A DNA stretch of 64,000 nucleotides from the IMG/VR virus record IMGVR_UViG_3300028840_000472; one strand, 5' to 3'. The DNA is from a virus (lineage: Duplodnaviria; Heunggongvirae; Uroviricota; Caudoviricetes). This document shows positions 63,662 through 64,000 of this stretch, in pieces (position 1 is the first letter of the stretch; every line of letters starts with the position of its first letter). The notes beneath the pieces were generated by a model that saw only the letters and a list, made by a program, of their open reading frames with translations, did no database searches and was not told the origin of the DNA. Both the position numbers and the translations under genes were made by a program.

Positions 63662-64000
63662 TCATCCGCGTTCTAATTCGACGACAGGATTGCCACCGCG
63701 CGAACGCACGTTGCCGTATGGTTCGATGATAGACAGCACACTATCCGGCAGTACCGTGACGCTGTCGCGATCTTCCTTGTCGACAACCAGCTTCAGCGAC
63801 CCTACCTGAATTGTGCTAAAGCCTTTCGTGTCAGGTTCCGCCGTACGATCTTCAGCCATCAGGTAGATCGCAAGTTCCGGCGTTGCGTCTTTCAGAAACG
63901 GCGGAATGATGTCGCTGTCGAATACGTAACCGTCGCGATCAGCGGCATCGTAACGCGGCCAGCGCAGCGACTGTTCTTCCGTCGCCTTGTAGCCGATCCA
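63662..64000 (-). CDS. Structural protein (partial; 5' end beyond window end)
   Basis: Frame open from 64000 down to the TAG at about 63662. The listed 65-aa ORF is only its C-terminus. Confidence 0.3.
   Translation of the reverse strand, partial: WIGYKATEEQSLRWPRYDAADRDGYVFDSDIIPPFLKDATPELAIYLMAEDRTAEPDTKGFSTIQVGSLKLVVDKEDRDSVTVLPDSVLSIIEPYGNVRSRGGNPVVELERG

Overview
The window looks like a large part of a GC-rich (about 57%) tailed-phage genome, lambda/GTA-like siphovirus in gene order, or a prophage in lytic orientation. No integrase, repressor, tRNA or CRISPR array was recognised.

Nearly all genes are on the minus strand, in four blocks:
1. 1..7741: packaging and virion genes (terS, terL, portal, then beta-rich spike/fibre-like proteins that run off the window start).
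2. 8368..42944: a roughly 35-kb early/replication operon. It holds an SNF2 helicase, an ssDNA-binding-like protein, a primase-polymerase (PrimPol/PriCT), an SF1 helicase, DUF932, a beta-clamp-like protein, a family-A DNA polymerase, and more than 50 small ORFs. Among these are VRR-NUC, an XRE-family tandem-HTH regulator, a methyltransferase-like protein, a Lar-like protein, an SPFH/band-7 protein, a SprT-like HExxH protease, two MazG-like proteins and a type IV prepilin-like protein.
3. 43141..45252 on the plus strand: a short divergent early operon of seven small genes.
4. 45768..64000: late genes (alpha/beta hydrolase, ECF-type sigma factor, lysis cassette, tandem LamG fibre, gpI-gpJ fusion, NlpC/P60, DUF2163/DUF2460-like tail proteins, tape measure, G/GT chaperone pair with a -1 frameshift at GGGAAAG, major tail protein, tail completion proteins).

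Three non-coding structures stand out.
- At least 13 copies of a conserved 55-80-nt cassette: a sigma70-type promoter (TTGACAtttATGCcg, 17-nt spacer, TAaTCT-GTA) plus a CA-rich leader ending in GAGGACACGACA-ATG.
- A roughly 200-bp direct repeat present twice (7870..8210 and 45345..45545). Each copy has phased GGTAGCA(C) iteron-like repeats, an alternating (CG)n(TA)n tract and AT-rich DNA. The two copies bracket the whole early region.
- Two identical C(UUCG)G tetraloop hairpins (GCCGGCC-UUCG-GGCCGGC) placed 11-12 nt after stop codons.

Coordinates of short motifs are accurate to roughly +/-2 nt.
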